This document shows positions 8,733 to 18,327 of a stretch of DNA of 64,000 nt, in pieces (the stretch's first letter is position 1; every line of letters begins with the position of its first letter). Below the pieces are notes generated by a model. The model did no database searches and had not been told where the DNA came from. It worked only from the letters and a program-made list of their open reading frames with translations. Location of the stretch: the NCBI GenBank assembly GCA_016874005.1, contig VGVQ01000004.1:106968-170967 (forward strand). The letters are read 5' to 3'. The DNA is from Gemmatimonadota bacterium. GTDB taxonomy: Bacteria > Gemmatimonadota > Gemmatimonadetes > Gemmatimonadales > GWC2-71-9. The position numbers and the translations under genes are program-made.

Positions 8733-10420
8733 CGGTCGGCAAACTCCTCTTCGGCGAAAGACAGGGGCATCGTTTGTCCAGCGTCGACCCGCCTCCGTTC
8801 GGCGAGCCGGAGCTCCACCCGCCGGATCTTCCCCGAGATCGTCTTGGGCAGCTCGGCGAACTCGATCCGCCGAATCCGGCGGTACGGGGCCACCCGTTCC
8901 CGCACGAAGCGGAGGATGTCCCCGGCCAGCTCACGACCGGGGGTGAAACCCGCCCGCAGGGCCACGAACGCCTTCGGCACCACCCCCCGAACCGGGTCCG
9001 GGCTCTCGGTCACCGCGGCCTCGGCCACGGCCGGGTGCTCGATCAAGACGCTCTCCAGCTCGAACGGGCTCAGGCGATACCCGGCGCTCTTGAAGACGTC
9101 GTCGGCGCGGCCGACGTAGGTGAGGTAGCCGTCGGCGTCGCGGGTCGCCACGTCGCCGGTCCGGTAACAGCCCTCGGCCTCGGCGGCGGCCATCTTGGCG
9201 GGGTCATCGAGATAACCCACCATCAGGCCGAGCGGTCGCGGGGCCAGGGACACCGCGATCTCGCCCTCGGATGGGTCGTGATGGTCCGTCGATTCGGTCG
9301 GCCGGAGCTCGATCCGATAGCCCGGTGCCACCTTGCCCATCGAACCGGGCTTCACGATCTGGCCCGGGAAATTGCCGGCGAGCAGGGTCGTCTCGGTCTG
9401 CCCGTAGCCCTCCCGGATGGTGAGTCCCCATGCCGCCCGGATCCGCTCGATCACCTCGGGGTTGAGCGGCTCGCCGGCGCTCAGCGCCTCCCGCAGCGAC
9501 CCGGCCCCTTGGCTCAGATCCTCGTTGATCATCATCCGCCACAGGGTCGGGGGCCCGCAGAAGGTGGTGACCCCGGCGCGCTCGATGGTCTCGATGACGG
9601 CCCTGGGCTCGACCTTGACCCGGTTGAACACCAGGATCGTCGCGCCGGCGTTCCACGGGGCGAACACGCTGCTCCAGGCGTGCTTGGCCCAACCGGGCGA
9701 GCTGATGTTGAGGTGACGATCGCCGGGGTGGACCCCCAGCCAGTACATGGTGGCGAGATGCCCGACCGGGTAGCTGGCGTGAGTATGGAGGACCAGCTTG
9801 GGTTTGGCCGTCGTCCCGGAGGTGAAGTAGAGCAGCAGGGGGTCGGAGGCCCGCGATTGGCCTGGCGGTGTGAAGTGGGTCGGTTCGGCGGCGGTCGAAT
9901 CGAAGCTCGTCCAGCCGGCCCGCTGCTCCCCGACCAGGAGCTTGAGCCCGCCCTGGCCGAGATCGCCGACCTTGCCGGCGCCCTCGGCATCGGTCACCAC
10001 GTGCCTGGCCTGGCCCCGCTCGAAGCGATCGGCCAGATCGGCCGGGGTGAGTTGCGGGGCGGCCGGGATGATCACGGCGCCGAGCTTCATGGCGCCGAGT
10101 ACGGTTTCCCAGAGGGGCACCGAGTTGGGCAGCATGAGGAGGATCCGGTCTCCCGCGGCGACACCACCCTTGGCCATGGCGTTGGCGACCTGGCTGGAAC
10201 GGGCGGTCAGCTCGGCGAACGTTCGCGACTCGGTGATCCCCTCGGGGCCCGCGAAGCCGAGGGCCATTCGAGCGGGATCGGCGGTGCGGTCGAATACGTC
10301 GAAGGCCCAGTTGAAGCGGTCGAGGACCGGCCATTGGTACTCTCGGGCCACCCGGTCGTAGTCGGTCGGGTTGGCGAGTAGGAAGTCCCGCAGCGCGTAG
10401 AACGGGGCGGCGTGGTTCAT
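8729..10420 (-). CDS. AMP-dependent acyl-CoA synthetase (medium-chain / AcsM-like)
   Basis: AMP-binding motif YFTSGTTAKPKLV, plus GYGQTET and SGKIRR. The start is taken at MNHAAPFYALRDF (ATG 10420); the upstream 84 codons of the track ORF are Gly/Pro-rich and look non-coding. Confidence 0.88.
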   Translation of the reverse strand: MNHAAPFYALRDFLLANPTDYDRVAREYQWPVLDRFNWAFDVFDRTADPARMALGFAGPEGITESRTFAELTARSSQVANAMAKGGVAAGDRILLMLPNSVPLWETVLGAMKLGAVIIPAAPQLTPADLADRFERGQARHVVTDAEGAGKVGDLGQGGLKLLVGEQRAGWTSFDSTAAEPTHFTPPGQSRASDPLLLYFTSGTTAKPKLVLHTHASYPVGHLATMYWLGVHPGDRHLNISSPGWAKHAWSSVFAPWNAGATILVFNRVKVEPRAVIETIERAGVTTFCGPPTLWRMMINEDLSQGAGSLREALSAGEPLNPEVIERIRAAWGLTIREGYGQTETTLLAGNFPGQIVKPGSMGKVAPGYRIELRPTESTDHHDPSEGEIAVSLAPRPLGLMVGYLDDPAKMAAAEAEGCYRTGDVATRDADGYLTYVGRADDVFKSAGYRLSPFELESVLIEHPAVAEAAVTESPDPVRGVVPKAFVALRAGFTPGRELAGDILRFVRERVAPYRRIRRIEFAELPKTISGKIRRVELRLAERRRVDAGQTMPLSFAEEEFADR

Positions 10421-10496
10421 GGGCCAATAATGCGTCCCGCTCGGCGGTGCCACAACCAGGCTCGGGGGGCTTTCGGGAAACCCGATTCGAGGTAGC

Positions 10497-10508
10497 CCAA
10501 CCGGTTGG
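10497..10508. promoter_or_regulatory. perfect 12-bp palindrome CCAACCGGTTGG in the divergent fad promoter region (candidate operator)
   Basis: It lies in the 138-bp gap between the divergently transcribed acyl-CoA synthetase (start 10420) and the FadB-type gene (start 10559). The sequence was read directly. Confidence 0.35.
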
Positions 10509-10558
10509 ATCGCGCTATCGTTCGGCGCCGCTGAACGACATTTTCCGCAAGGATCGAC

Positions 10559-12664
10559 ATGAGTGCCAGTTACGAGCGTCGGGGCGACGTGGCCGTCATC
10601 ACCCTGACCAACCCACCGGTCAACGGCCTTTCCCACGCCACCAGGACCGCGATCGCCGCCGGGATCGATCAAGCCGAGCGTGACGCGACCGTGAAGGCGA
10701 TCTTAATCACCGGGGCTGGCAAGGCCTTCTCCGGCGGCGCCGATATCCGCGAATTCGGGACCCCCAAGGCCCTGGCCGAGCCGGCCTTGTGGGCCCTGCT
10801 CGGGATTGTCGAATCGGCCCAGAAGCCGGTCGTCGCCGCGATTCATTCGGTGGCCATGGGTGGTGGGCTCGAGCTGGCGATGGCCTGCCACTATCGGGTC
10901 GCCGCCCCCGGGGCGAGCATCGCGTTGCCGGAGGTCAAACTCGGGCTGCTGCCCGGCGCCGGCGGCACCCAGCGGTTCCCCCGAGTCGTCGGGGTGGAAA
11001 CGGCCCTCAACATGATCGTCGCCGGCGAACCGGCGAAGAGCGAGCAGCTGGCCAAGTTGCCCGGCCAGAAACTCTTCGACCGGATGATCGACGGCGATCT
11101 GATGGCCGGCGCGGTGGAATTCGCCCGCGAGGTCGGGGCCAAGCACGCGGCCGGGGCGCCGCTGCCGAAGGTGCGCGACCTCAAGGCCACCCACCCAAAC
11201 CCGGACGGCTATTTCCAGTTTGCCCGGAACACCGTCAAGGCGATGGCCAAGAACTTCCCGGCACCGGCCAAGTGCGTCGACGCCGTGGAGGCCGCCGTCA
11301 AGAGGCCTTTCGACGAGGGAATCAAGTTCGAGCGCGAGCTGTTCGCTGCCCTGATGCAGACCCCGGAATCGGCCGCGCTGCGGCACGCGTTCTTCGCGGA
11401 GCGGGCCGCGGCCAAGATCCCCGACGTACCCGAGGACACGCCGGTTCGGCCGGTTGCCAAGCTCGGGGTAGTCGGGGCCGGCACCATGGGCGGCGGGATC
11501 TCGATGAACTTTCTCAACGCCGGGATTCCGGTCGTCATTCTCGAGACCAGTCAGGAGGCGCTCGACCGCGGCCTGGCCGTGATCCGGAAGAACTACGAGG
11601 CCCAGGTCAAGAAGGGCAAGCTCGACGCTGGGACCTACGAAAAGCGGATGGCGCTGCTCAAGCCGACCCTTTCGTACGACGATCTCCGCGATGCCGACCT
11701 GATCATCGAGGCGGTGTTCGAGGACATGGGGATCAAGGAACAGGTGTTCCGCCGGCTCGACGAGATCGCCAAACCGGGCGCCATTTTGGCCACCAACACC
11801 TCGACGCTCGACGTCAATCACATCGCTCGGGTGACCAAGCGGCCCAGCGACGTGGTCGGGCTCCACTTCTTCAGCCCGGCCAACGTGATGAAGTTGCTCG
11901 AGGTGGTCCGCGGCTCGGCCACCGCGAAAGACGTGTTGGCGACGGTCATGGCCCTCGCCAAGACCATCAAGAAGACGGCGGTGGTGGCCGGAGTCTGCGA
12001 CGGGTTCATCGGCAATCGGATGCTCGAGTTTTACGTCCGGGAGGCCGGATTCCTGCTCGACGAGGGGTGTTCCCCGAGCCAGGTCGACCGGGCGATCGAG
12101 AAATTCGGCTTCGCGATGGGCCCGTTCAGGATGAACGACATGGCTGGTAACGACATCGGCTGGGCGATTCGGAAGCGGCGGCTCCGGGAGAATCCCTCGC
12201 TCAAGTACAGCAAGACCACCGACCTGCTCTGTGAGGCGGGGCGGTTCGGTCAGAAAACCGGGGCGGGTTGGTACGACTACAAGCCCGGTGCCCGGGACGC
12301 GATTCCCTCGCCGCTGGTGGACAAGATGATCGCCGATCATCGCCAAGCGCTCGGACTCACCCCCCGGAAAGTCTCCGACGACGAGATCGTCCATCGGCTG
12401 GTGTACGCCTTGGTGAATGAGGGCGCTCGGCTCCTGGAGGAGGGAATCGCCAGCAAGGCGAGCGACGTCGACATCGTCTACCTGACCGGGTACGGCTTCC
12501 CGCTCCACCGCGGGGGGCCGCTCAAGTACGCCGACACCCAAGGCTTGTACAACGTGGTCCGGGCGATGCGACGGTTCGCCGAGAACCCGCAGGGCGACCC
12601 GGCCTTTTGGGAACCCGCTCCCTTGCTGGCCAAACTCGCGAGCGAGGGGAAAACGTTCAACTGA
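10559..12664 (+). CDS. bifunctional enoyl-CoA hydratase / 3-hydroxyacyl-CoA dehydrogenase (FadB/FadJ type)
   Basis: 701 aa. The N-terminal crotonase fold contains FSGGADI, and the central Rossmann region contains [22 protein letters not shown] lies upstream. Confidence 0.92.
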   Translation: MSASYERRGDVAVITLTNPPVNGLSHATRTAIAAGIDQAERDATVKAILITGAGKAFSGGADIREFGTPKALAEPALWALLGIVESAQKPVVAAIHSVAMGGGLELAMACHYRVAAPGASIALPEVKLGLLPGAGGTQRFPRVVGVETALNMIVAGEPAKSEQLAKLPGQKLFDRMIDGDLMAGAVEFAREVGAKHAAGAPLPKVRDLKATHPNPDGYFQFARNTVKAMAKNFPAPAKCVDAVEAAVKRPFDEGIKFERELFAALMQTPESAALRHAFFAERAAAKIPDVPEDTPVRPVAKLGVVGAGTMGGGISMNFLNAGIPVVILETSQEALDRGLAVIRKNYEAQVKKGKLDAGTYEKRMALLKPTLSYDDLRDADLIIEAVFEDMGIKEQVFRRLDEIAKPGAILATNTSTLDVNHIARVTKRPSDVVGLHFFSPANVMKLLEVVRGSATAKDVLATVMALAKTIKKTAVVAGVCDGFIGNRMLEFYVREAGFLLDEGCSPSQVDRAIEKFGFAMGPFRMNDMAGNDIGWAIRKRRLRENPSLKYSKTTDLLCEAGRFGQKTGAGWYDYKPGARDAIPSPLVDKMIADHRQALGLTPRKVSDDEIVHRLVYALVNEGARLLEEGIASKASDVDIVYLTGYGFPLHRGGPLKYADTQGLYNVVRAMRRFAENPQGDPAFWEPAPLLAKLASEGKTFN

Positions 12665-12731
12665 GCTGGTCGAGCCCGGCCGGGCCGGCGACGGTCCGGA
12701 ACCCGGCGAGTCTCGTCCAGAGGAGAAAGCA

Positions 12732-13907
12732 ATGAGTCGCGCTGTCATCGTCTCGACTGCCCGGACCCCGCTTACCAAGAGCTGGAAGGGCGCCTTCAAC
12801 ATGACCCATGGGGCCACCTTGGGCGGCCACGTCGTGCGGGCCGCGATCGATCGCGCCAAGATCGACTCGGCCGAAGTCGAAGACGTCATCATGGGCTGTG
12901 CCAATCCCGAGGGCGCCACCGGCGTGAACATCGCCCGTCAGTGCGCCATTCGGGCCGGCCTCCCCGTGACGGTGAGTGGAATGACGGTCAACCGGTTCTG
13001 CTCGAGCGGACTGCAAACCATCGCGATCGCGTCGCAACGGATCATGACCGGCGAGGGTGATGTCTACCTCGCCGGTGGAGTCGAGAGCATCTCCTGCGTG
13101 CAGCAGGAGATGAACACCCACATGATCGGCGAAGGCTGGATCGGTCAACACAAGCCGGAGCTGTACTGGCCGATGCTCCAGACCGCCGAGATGGTGGCCA
13201 AGCGATACAACGTTCCCAAGCAACGGATGGACGAGTTCGGCGTCGCGAGCCAGCAGAAGGCCTGCGCGGCGCAAGAGGCGGGCAAGCTCGCCGACGAGAT
13301 CGCGCCGATCACCGTGACCGCGGGGGTGGCCGACCCGGCGACTGGCTTGCGCACCAAAGAGGTGACCGTCTCCGTCGACGAGGGGCTCCGGCCGGGAACG
13401 ACCTACGACGGGATCAAGGACATTCGCACCGCGGTGCCCGGCGGGGTGGTGACGGCCGGCAATGCCAGCCAATTCAGCGATGGCGCCGGCGCCTGCGTGG
13501 TCACCAGCGAGCGTTATGCGGAGCAGCGGGGGCTTACCCCGCTGGGCCGGTTCCTCGGGTTCGCGGTGGCGGGGTGCGAACCGGACGAAATGGGCATCGG
13601 GCCGGTGTTCGCCGTGCCGAAGGTGCTGGGCAGGCTCGGCCTCACGGTGGCGGACATCGATCTCTGGGAGCTGAACGAGGCCTTCGCGGTCCAGGTGCTC
13701 TACTGCGTCGATCGACTCGGGATCCCGATGGATCGGCTCAACGTCAACGGCGGAGCGATCGCTCTCGGTCACCCCTACGGGATGAGCGGCCAGCGGCTCA
13801 CCGGTCACGCGTTGATCGAAGGGAAGCGGCGCGGCGCCAAACGGGTCTGTGTCACGATGTGCATCGGCGGCGGGATGGGCGCGGCCGGCGTCTTCGAGGT
13901 TCTCTAG
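12732..13907 (+). CDS. acetyl-CoA C-acyltransferase (3-ketoacyl-CoA thiolase, FadA type)
   Basis: 391 aa with thiolase signatures ([35 protein letters not shown]). SD GAGGAG lies upstream. Confidence 0.93.
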   Translation: MSRAVIVSTARTPLTKSWKGAFNMTHGATLGGHVVRAAIDRAKIDSAEVEDVIMGCANPEGATGVNIARQCAIRAGLPVTVSGMTVNRFCSSGLQTIAIASQRIMTGEGDVYLAGGVESISCVQQEMNTHMIGEGWIGQHKPELYWPMLQTAEMVAKRYNVPKQRMDEFGVASQQKACAAQEAGKLADEIAPITVTAGVADPATGLRTKEVTVSVDEGLRPGTTYDGIKDIRTAVPGGVVTAGNASQFSDGAGACVVTSERYAEQRGLTPLGRFLGFAVAGCEPDEMGIGPVFAVPKVLGRLGLTVADIDLWELNEAFAVQVLYCVDRLGIPMDRLNVNGGAIALGHPYGMSGQRLTGHALIEGKRRGAKRVCVTMCIGGGMGAAGVFEVL

Positions 13908-13916
13908 ACCGCTCGG

Positions 13917-15203
13917 GTGGTTGGCTATCGAAGCAGCCGCGGCGGCGGCGCGGTGGGGTTGGACGAAGCGATCCGGCGAGGGTTGGCTCCGGATGGCGGC
14001 CTCTATCTCCCCACCGAAGTGCCGCGGCTGCCGTCCGGCTATTTCCACGGCGCCGGCGACCTGGCCTCGGTGGCGGCCCGGTGGCTCGAGCCGTTTGCCG
14101 CCGGGAGCCGGCTCGCCGGCGCGGTGGGAGGTCTCGCGGCCGAGGCGCTCGCGATACCCGCGCCGCTGGTGGCGGTGGCGGACCGGACCTGGGCGCTCGA
14201 GCTGTGGCACGGCCCGACCGCGGCGTTCAAAGACGTCGGGGCCCGATTTCTCGCGGAGGCGTTAGGCTTCCTCCGGGCCCACGCCGATCCGCCGGTCACG
14301 GTGCTGGTGGCCACCTCCGGCGACACCGGGGGCGCGGTCGCCGCGGCCTTTCATCGCCGGCCGGGGTTCCGGGTCGGGATCTTGTTTCCCAAGGGACTGG
14401 TGTCGCCGACCCAGGAGCGTCAGCTCACCTGCTGGGACGACAACGTGGTGTCCTGCGCGGTGCGGGGCACCTTCGACGACTGCCAACGGCTGGCCAAGGC
14501 TGCGTTCCAGGACCAGTCCCTCGCCGAGCGGTTCCGCTTCACCTCGGCCAACAGCATCAACATCGGCCGGCTGCTGCCCCAGGCGGCCTACTACGCCGCG
14601 GCGAGCCTCATGGTCTGGGGGCAGTGCCGGGAGCCGCTTTCGTTCGTCATCCCGAGCGGCAACCTCGGGAACGCCTTCGGCGCCGTCCTGGCGCGGGCGG
14701 CGGGGCTCCCGATCGGCGACATCGTGCTGGCCCACAATCGGAACCGCCCGGTGGTGGACTTTCTCGAGACCGGGGTGTGGAATCCTCGGCCCAGCGTACC
14801 GACGATCGCCTCGGCGATGGACGTGGGCGATCCCTCGAACTTCGAGCGGTTCCGAAGCTGGTACCCCGCGCCGGGGGCGCTGGCCCGGACGATCTGGGCC
14901 GACAGCGTGGACGACGAGGCGATTCGTGCCAGGATCCGGGGCGATTGGCCAGCGTTAGGCCGGGTCTGGTGTCCCAATACCGCGACCGCCGCCGAGGTGT
15001 TGGCGCGGCTCCGGACGCGGGGTGGGGCAGGGGGCCACTGGGCCATCGTCGCGACGGCGCATCCGGCCAAGTTTCCCGAGGTGGTCGAGCCGCTGGTGGG
15101 GCATTCGATCGAGCGACCCGCGTCGCTGGCGGGACTGTTCGGGCGCCCGGCTCGCTCGGTGGAGATCGACCCGACCATAGCGGCGCTGGCCGCGGCGCTC
15201 TGA
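13917..15203 (+). CDS. thrC: threonine synthase
   Basis: GTG start 9 nt after the thiolase stop. It has ...YRSSRGG..GLDEAIRRGLAPDGGLYLP and a FKDVGARF PLP-lysine block. Confidence 0.85.
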   Translation: MVGYRSSRGGGAVGLDEAIRRGLAPDGGLYLPTEVPRLPSGYFHGAGDLASVAARWLEPFAAGSRLAGAVGGLAAEALAIPAPLVAVADRTWALELWHGPTAAFKDVGARFLAEALGFLRAHADPPVTVLVATSGDTGGAVAAAFHRRPGFRVGILFPKGLVSPTQERQLTCWDDNVVSCAVRGTFDDCQRLAKAAFQDQSLAERFRFTSANSINIGRLLPQAAYYAAASLMVWGQCREPLSFVIPSGNLGNAFGAVLARAAGLPIGDIVLAHNRNRPVVDFLETGVWNPRPSVPTIASAMDVGDPSNFERFRSWYPAPGALARTIWADSVDDEAIRARIRGDWPALGRVWCPNTATAAEVLARLRTRGGAGGHWAIVATAHPAKFPEVVEPLVGHSIERPASLAGLFGRPARSVEIDPTIAALAAAL

Positions 15204-15407
15204 CGGCTGGAGGCAGCGGGAGGTCGGTCGTTCTCGCCTGCCGTCCCACTCGGGCGTCGTCGTTCTCACCCCGGCCAGCACGCCCAGCGGACGGCGTCGG
15301 TAGATCTGGGCGGGTGAGTGGGGTGGGGGAGGAGGGCTGGGACCCCGGATTTGGCCGCGGGCGATCGGGTTTGTCGCGTAATGAGGTAACGCCTTGCAGG
15401 CCAAGCC

Positions 15408-17603
15408 ATGTTGCCGACCGACCCCGCCATCCCGTTCCGACGGTCTCTCGCCGTCTCGGTAGCTCTTTGGATTGCGGGGTGCGGCTCCGATCCGGTGACC
15501 CCGCCACCCCCACCCCCACCACCAGCGGTCGCAACGGTCGAATTGGAGGCGCCCGCCGGTGTGCTCGAGGCCGGGGCCACGTTGGTCTTGACCGCCCGGG
15601 CCAAGGATGCCGCGGGCGCCACCATGTCCGGGGTCCAATTCGGTTGGGCTTCGTCGGCGACGACGGTGGCCACCGTCGACAACACCGGCTTGGTTCGCGG
15701 GGTCGCGGCCGGGCCGGCCACGATCACCGCGACCGCCGGCGGCAAGAGCGCCTCCCTCGCTCTCGCCGTCCGCGACACGACGACCCTCGGCGCCACGCTG
15801 TCCGGACGGATCGAGCGGGTTCGCCTGACGTTGCCGGCTGGGCGGACCTATCGGGTGGACCAGGATCTCACCATCCAAGTCGACAGCAACCTGACGATCT
15901 CCGGAACGATCGAGGTCGTTCCGGGAGCCGATCTGACGGTGGTGGGCAAGCGGATCGAGGTCACCGGCGCGATCGGTTCGACCACTCCGCTGCCGGCGGC
16001 CACACGTCAGGGAGGGAGCCACTTGGCCGCCGGGGCCGGAACGTTCACCAGCGTCACCCAGGACTTCTACACCTCCGGCAACATTCTCTTCCCGGGGCCG
16101 ATGCAGTTCGCGGGCAACGGCCCCAACAGCACCATTCTGATTGACGGAGTGCTGATCGAACCGGCCGCGGCCCCCAGCGGCACGGCGTCCTCACGCCAAG
16201 GTGAGGACGGTTATCCGCTCGACATCGGGTCGCCGGCCGCGATCGCGGCCGGTCAGGGGCCCGGACGCACCCCCGGACCGATCACTGACTTGTTGATCAG
16301 GGCCGGTGGCAAGGTCAAGGGCGGGCTTGGTGGCGCAGGATTCGCCGTCAGGGACCGTACCGCCGCGACGGTGACCGGCAATCTGCTGTCTGCCCAAACC
16401 GGCCAAGGCGGTCGCGGCGGCGACTTGGTCATCGTGTCGACCCGGATCGACAACGCAGGGGAGATCCGGGCCGGGGAGGGTCGAAGGGGCGGGGACGTCG
16501 GTTTCCTGCTGCTTCCGATCGACCCGCTTCCGCAATACCTCCAACTGCGGGATGGATCCGGGCCGGCTGGCGAGGGGGAGAACCTCGAGGCGATTCTCGG
16601 ATCGGGGGGAGCCGGCGGGGACCTCTCGATCGTGGCGGCGACGATCGTGGGCGGCGGCACGATCGGGCTCGCGCCGGGAGGGCCACCGCCTAACGTTTCC
16701 GTCAAGGGCGGGAATGGGGCCGCGGGAGGTGCGGGGGGCTATCACGACGTCCAATTGGGGCGGCCCGGACCCGTGGGCCGAGCGACCGTGGTGCCCCAAG
16801 TCGCCGTCGCCCCCGCGTTGCAAGAGCGGTTCGCTCGGATCGAGGTCGTCGATGCCGCCAACGGAGGTGCATCGCCCACGGCCGCCAAACCCGGTGGGGC
16901 CGGCGGATCGTTTGGGTATCAGCGGGATCCGGCGGCTCCCAAGCCGATTTTCCTCTTTGCCAGGGCGGCCCGGGGCGGCGCCGGGTTCGACGGTTGCGCC
17001 GCGCCGGTGCCCAATTCCGGCAGCGACGGTGGCGTAGGTGGTACCTTGGACATCGGTGACGCGACCCTAAACCTGAACGCTGCCTTTGGCGGCGGACCCG
17101 GTGGGCGCGGCCTGTTCCGTGCCGGCCGTGGCGGCCGGCGTGGCTCCCGCCTGACCCCAACCGTGCAGCCGCTCGGCAACGACGGTCTCGACGGCGTCAC
17201 CTGCGGCTCCAGCTTCCTCACCATCAGCCCGACGGCGATCTCGGTCGAGGTGATCAACTCGGCCAACGGGTGCGGGCCGACAACCTATGGTGGGCAAGGC
17301 GTCAAGTTCACCAGTCGGCTCAACTTCCCGCTCAACATCCTGGGCACCATTACCAACCAACAGGGAAACACTCTCGCGACCTTCAGTGGTGGCCAGTCGT
17401 CGAAGCTCATCGTGGTCCCGGCCAATGGCACGGTCACCGAGCCGATCAACGGCAACACCTGCTTGCCGAGCAACGACAGCAAGTCGACGATCGGCTTCTC
17501 GACCGAGGACGCGGCGACGGTGATCTCGAGCATCCCGCTCGAGGTGCGCTGCACCCTGAACTGTTTCGCCGCCGCGTCACCCCCGGCGCCCCATCGACGC
17601 TGA
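15408..17603 (+). CDS. surface lipoprotein with a Big_2 (bacterial Ig-like) domain and a long glycine-rich repeat region
   Basis: Lipobox LWIAGC followed by a poly-Pro linker. The Big_2-like segment is VATVELEAP...ATVDNTGLVRGVAAGPATITATAGG. At least 8 GGxGG(D)-type repeats follow, then a Cys-containing C-terminal domain. Confidence 0.7.
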   Translation: MLPTDPAIPFRRSLAVSVALWIAGCGSDPVTPPPPPPPPAVATVELEAPAGVLEAGATLVLTARAKDAAGATMSGVQFGWASSATTVATVDNTGLVRGVAAGPATITATAGGKSASLALAVRDTTTLGATLSGRIERVRLTLPAGRTYRVDQDLTIQVDSNLTISGTIEVVPGADLTVVGKRIEVTGAIGSTTPLPAATRQGGSHLAAGAGTFTSVTQDFYTSGNILFPGPMQFAGNGPNSTILIDGVLIEPAAAPSGTASSRQGEDGYPLDIGSPAAIAAGQGPGRTPGPITDLLIRAGGKVKGGLGGAGFAVRDRTAATVTGNLLSAQTGQGGRGGDLVIVSTRIDNAGEIRAGEGRRGGDVGFLLLPIDPLPQYLQLRDGSGPAGEGENLEAILGSGGAGGDLSIVAATIVGGGTIGLAPGGPPPNVSVKGGNGAAGGAGGYHDVQLGRPGPVGRATVVPQVAVAPALQERFARIEVVDAANGGASPTAAKPGGAGGSFGYQRDPAAPKPIFLFARAARGGAGFDGCAAPVPNSGSDGGVGGTLDIGDATLNLNAAFGGGPGGRGLFRAGRGGRRGSRLTPTVQPLGNDGLDGVTCGSSFLTISPTAISVEVINSANGCGPTTYGGQGVKFTSRLNFPLNILGTITNQQGNTLATFSGGQSSKLIVVPANGTVTEPINGNTCLPSNDSKSTIGFSTEDAATVISSIPLEVRCTLNCFAAASPPAPHRR

Positions 17604-17716
17604 ACCGCTCGCCCACCGCCATTCCGCTGTTTCGGATTCGGGGAATCGACCACCGGGTCGCCTCGATACCGATTGGTGTCGAGCATCTGGTCGCGGTCCA
17701 TGGTTGGTCGGAACGG

Positions 17717-18199
17717 TCAGTCGTGGTAGGAGAACATCAGGGAGTGGAACCGCCAGCCGTCTCGCTGATGGATGGCCGACAGCATCAGCCGGCCGCGGGT
17801 GGTGTCCGCCGCCTGCCAAAAGACGAAGTCCGCCACGACCGACGCCATCCGTCCTCGGCGATCGACCCGGACGTTCTCGAGCCGTTCACCCATCGGCTGT
17901 CCGGCCGCGAACCCGCGTTCCTGGGCGCCATAGAACTGCTCGAGGGTCCGAACCGAGATCCCACCCTCGGCCGTCGTCGATGCCACCGTGAAGGTGGGCA
18001 GAAACAGGGTCCGCCATCGAGGGAGACTTTCCCGGGTGTAGAGATCGATGTAGTCGGCGACCAATCGATCGAGGGAACGGTCGAGATCTGCCGCCGGCTG
18101 CGCCGCTGTCGCCGGCGCGAGCGCCAGGGCGACGACCGTGGCAAGGGTCCCCGCGGTCAGGCGGGAAAGAGAGGGAGTCGTGCCGGGCGCCGAGATCAT
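17717..18199 (-). CDS. secreted NTF2-like (SnoaL/DUF4440-like) protein
   Basis: 160 aa with a signal-like N-terminus. The pattern ...RMASVVADFVFW....RGRLMLSAIHQRDGWRFHSLMFS is typical of NTF2-fold cone proteins. Confidence 0.65.
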   Translation of the reverse strand: MISAPGTTPSLSRLTAGTLATVVALALAPATAAQPAADLDRSLDRLVADYIDLYTRESLPRWRTLFLPTFTVASTTAEGGISVRTLEQFYGAQERGFAAGQPMGERLENVRVDRRGRMASVVADFVFWQAADTTRGRLMLSAIHQRDGWRFHSLMFSYHD

Positions 18200-18327
18200 G
18201 GGGAATGGTCCTCGAAGGAGGTCGCCAATAACTTAGTCAATCACCGGTCAGGGACACCGCCGTCCACTCCTGCCAGGTCGAGCGGTTCGCGGCTAAGTTG
18301 ACACCGAATGACCCGCCGAGTTCTCTC

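Noticed and set aside
10703-16144. Very long antisense or alternative-frame ORFs (10703..12931-, 12657..14210-, 13574..16144+, 14955..16022-)
   Set aside because: These are typical high-GC artefacts. They have extreme Arg/Gly/Pro content and no motifs, and they fully overlap the FadB-type, FadA-type, thrC and lipoprotein genes, which have clear family signatures.
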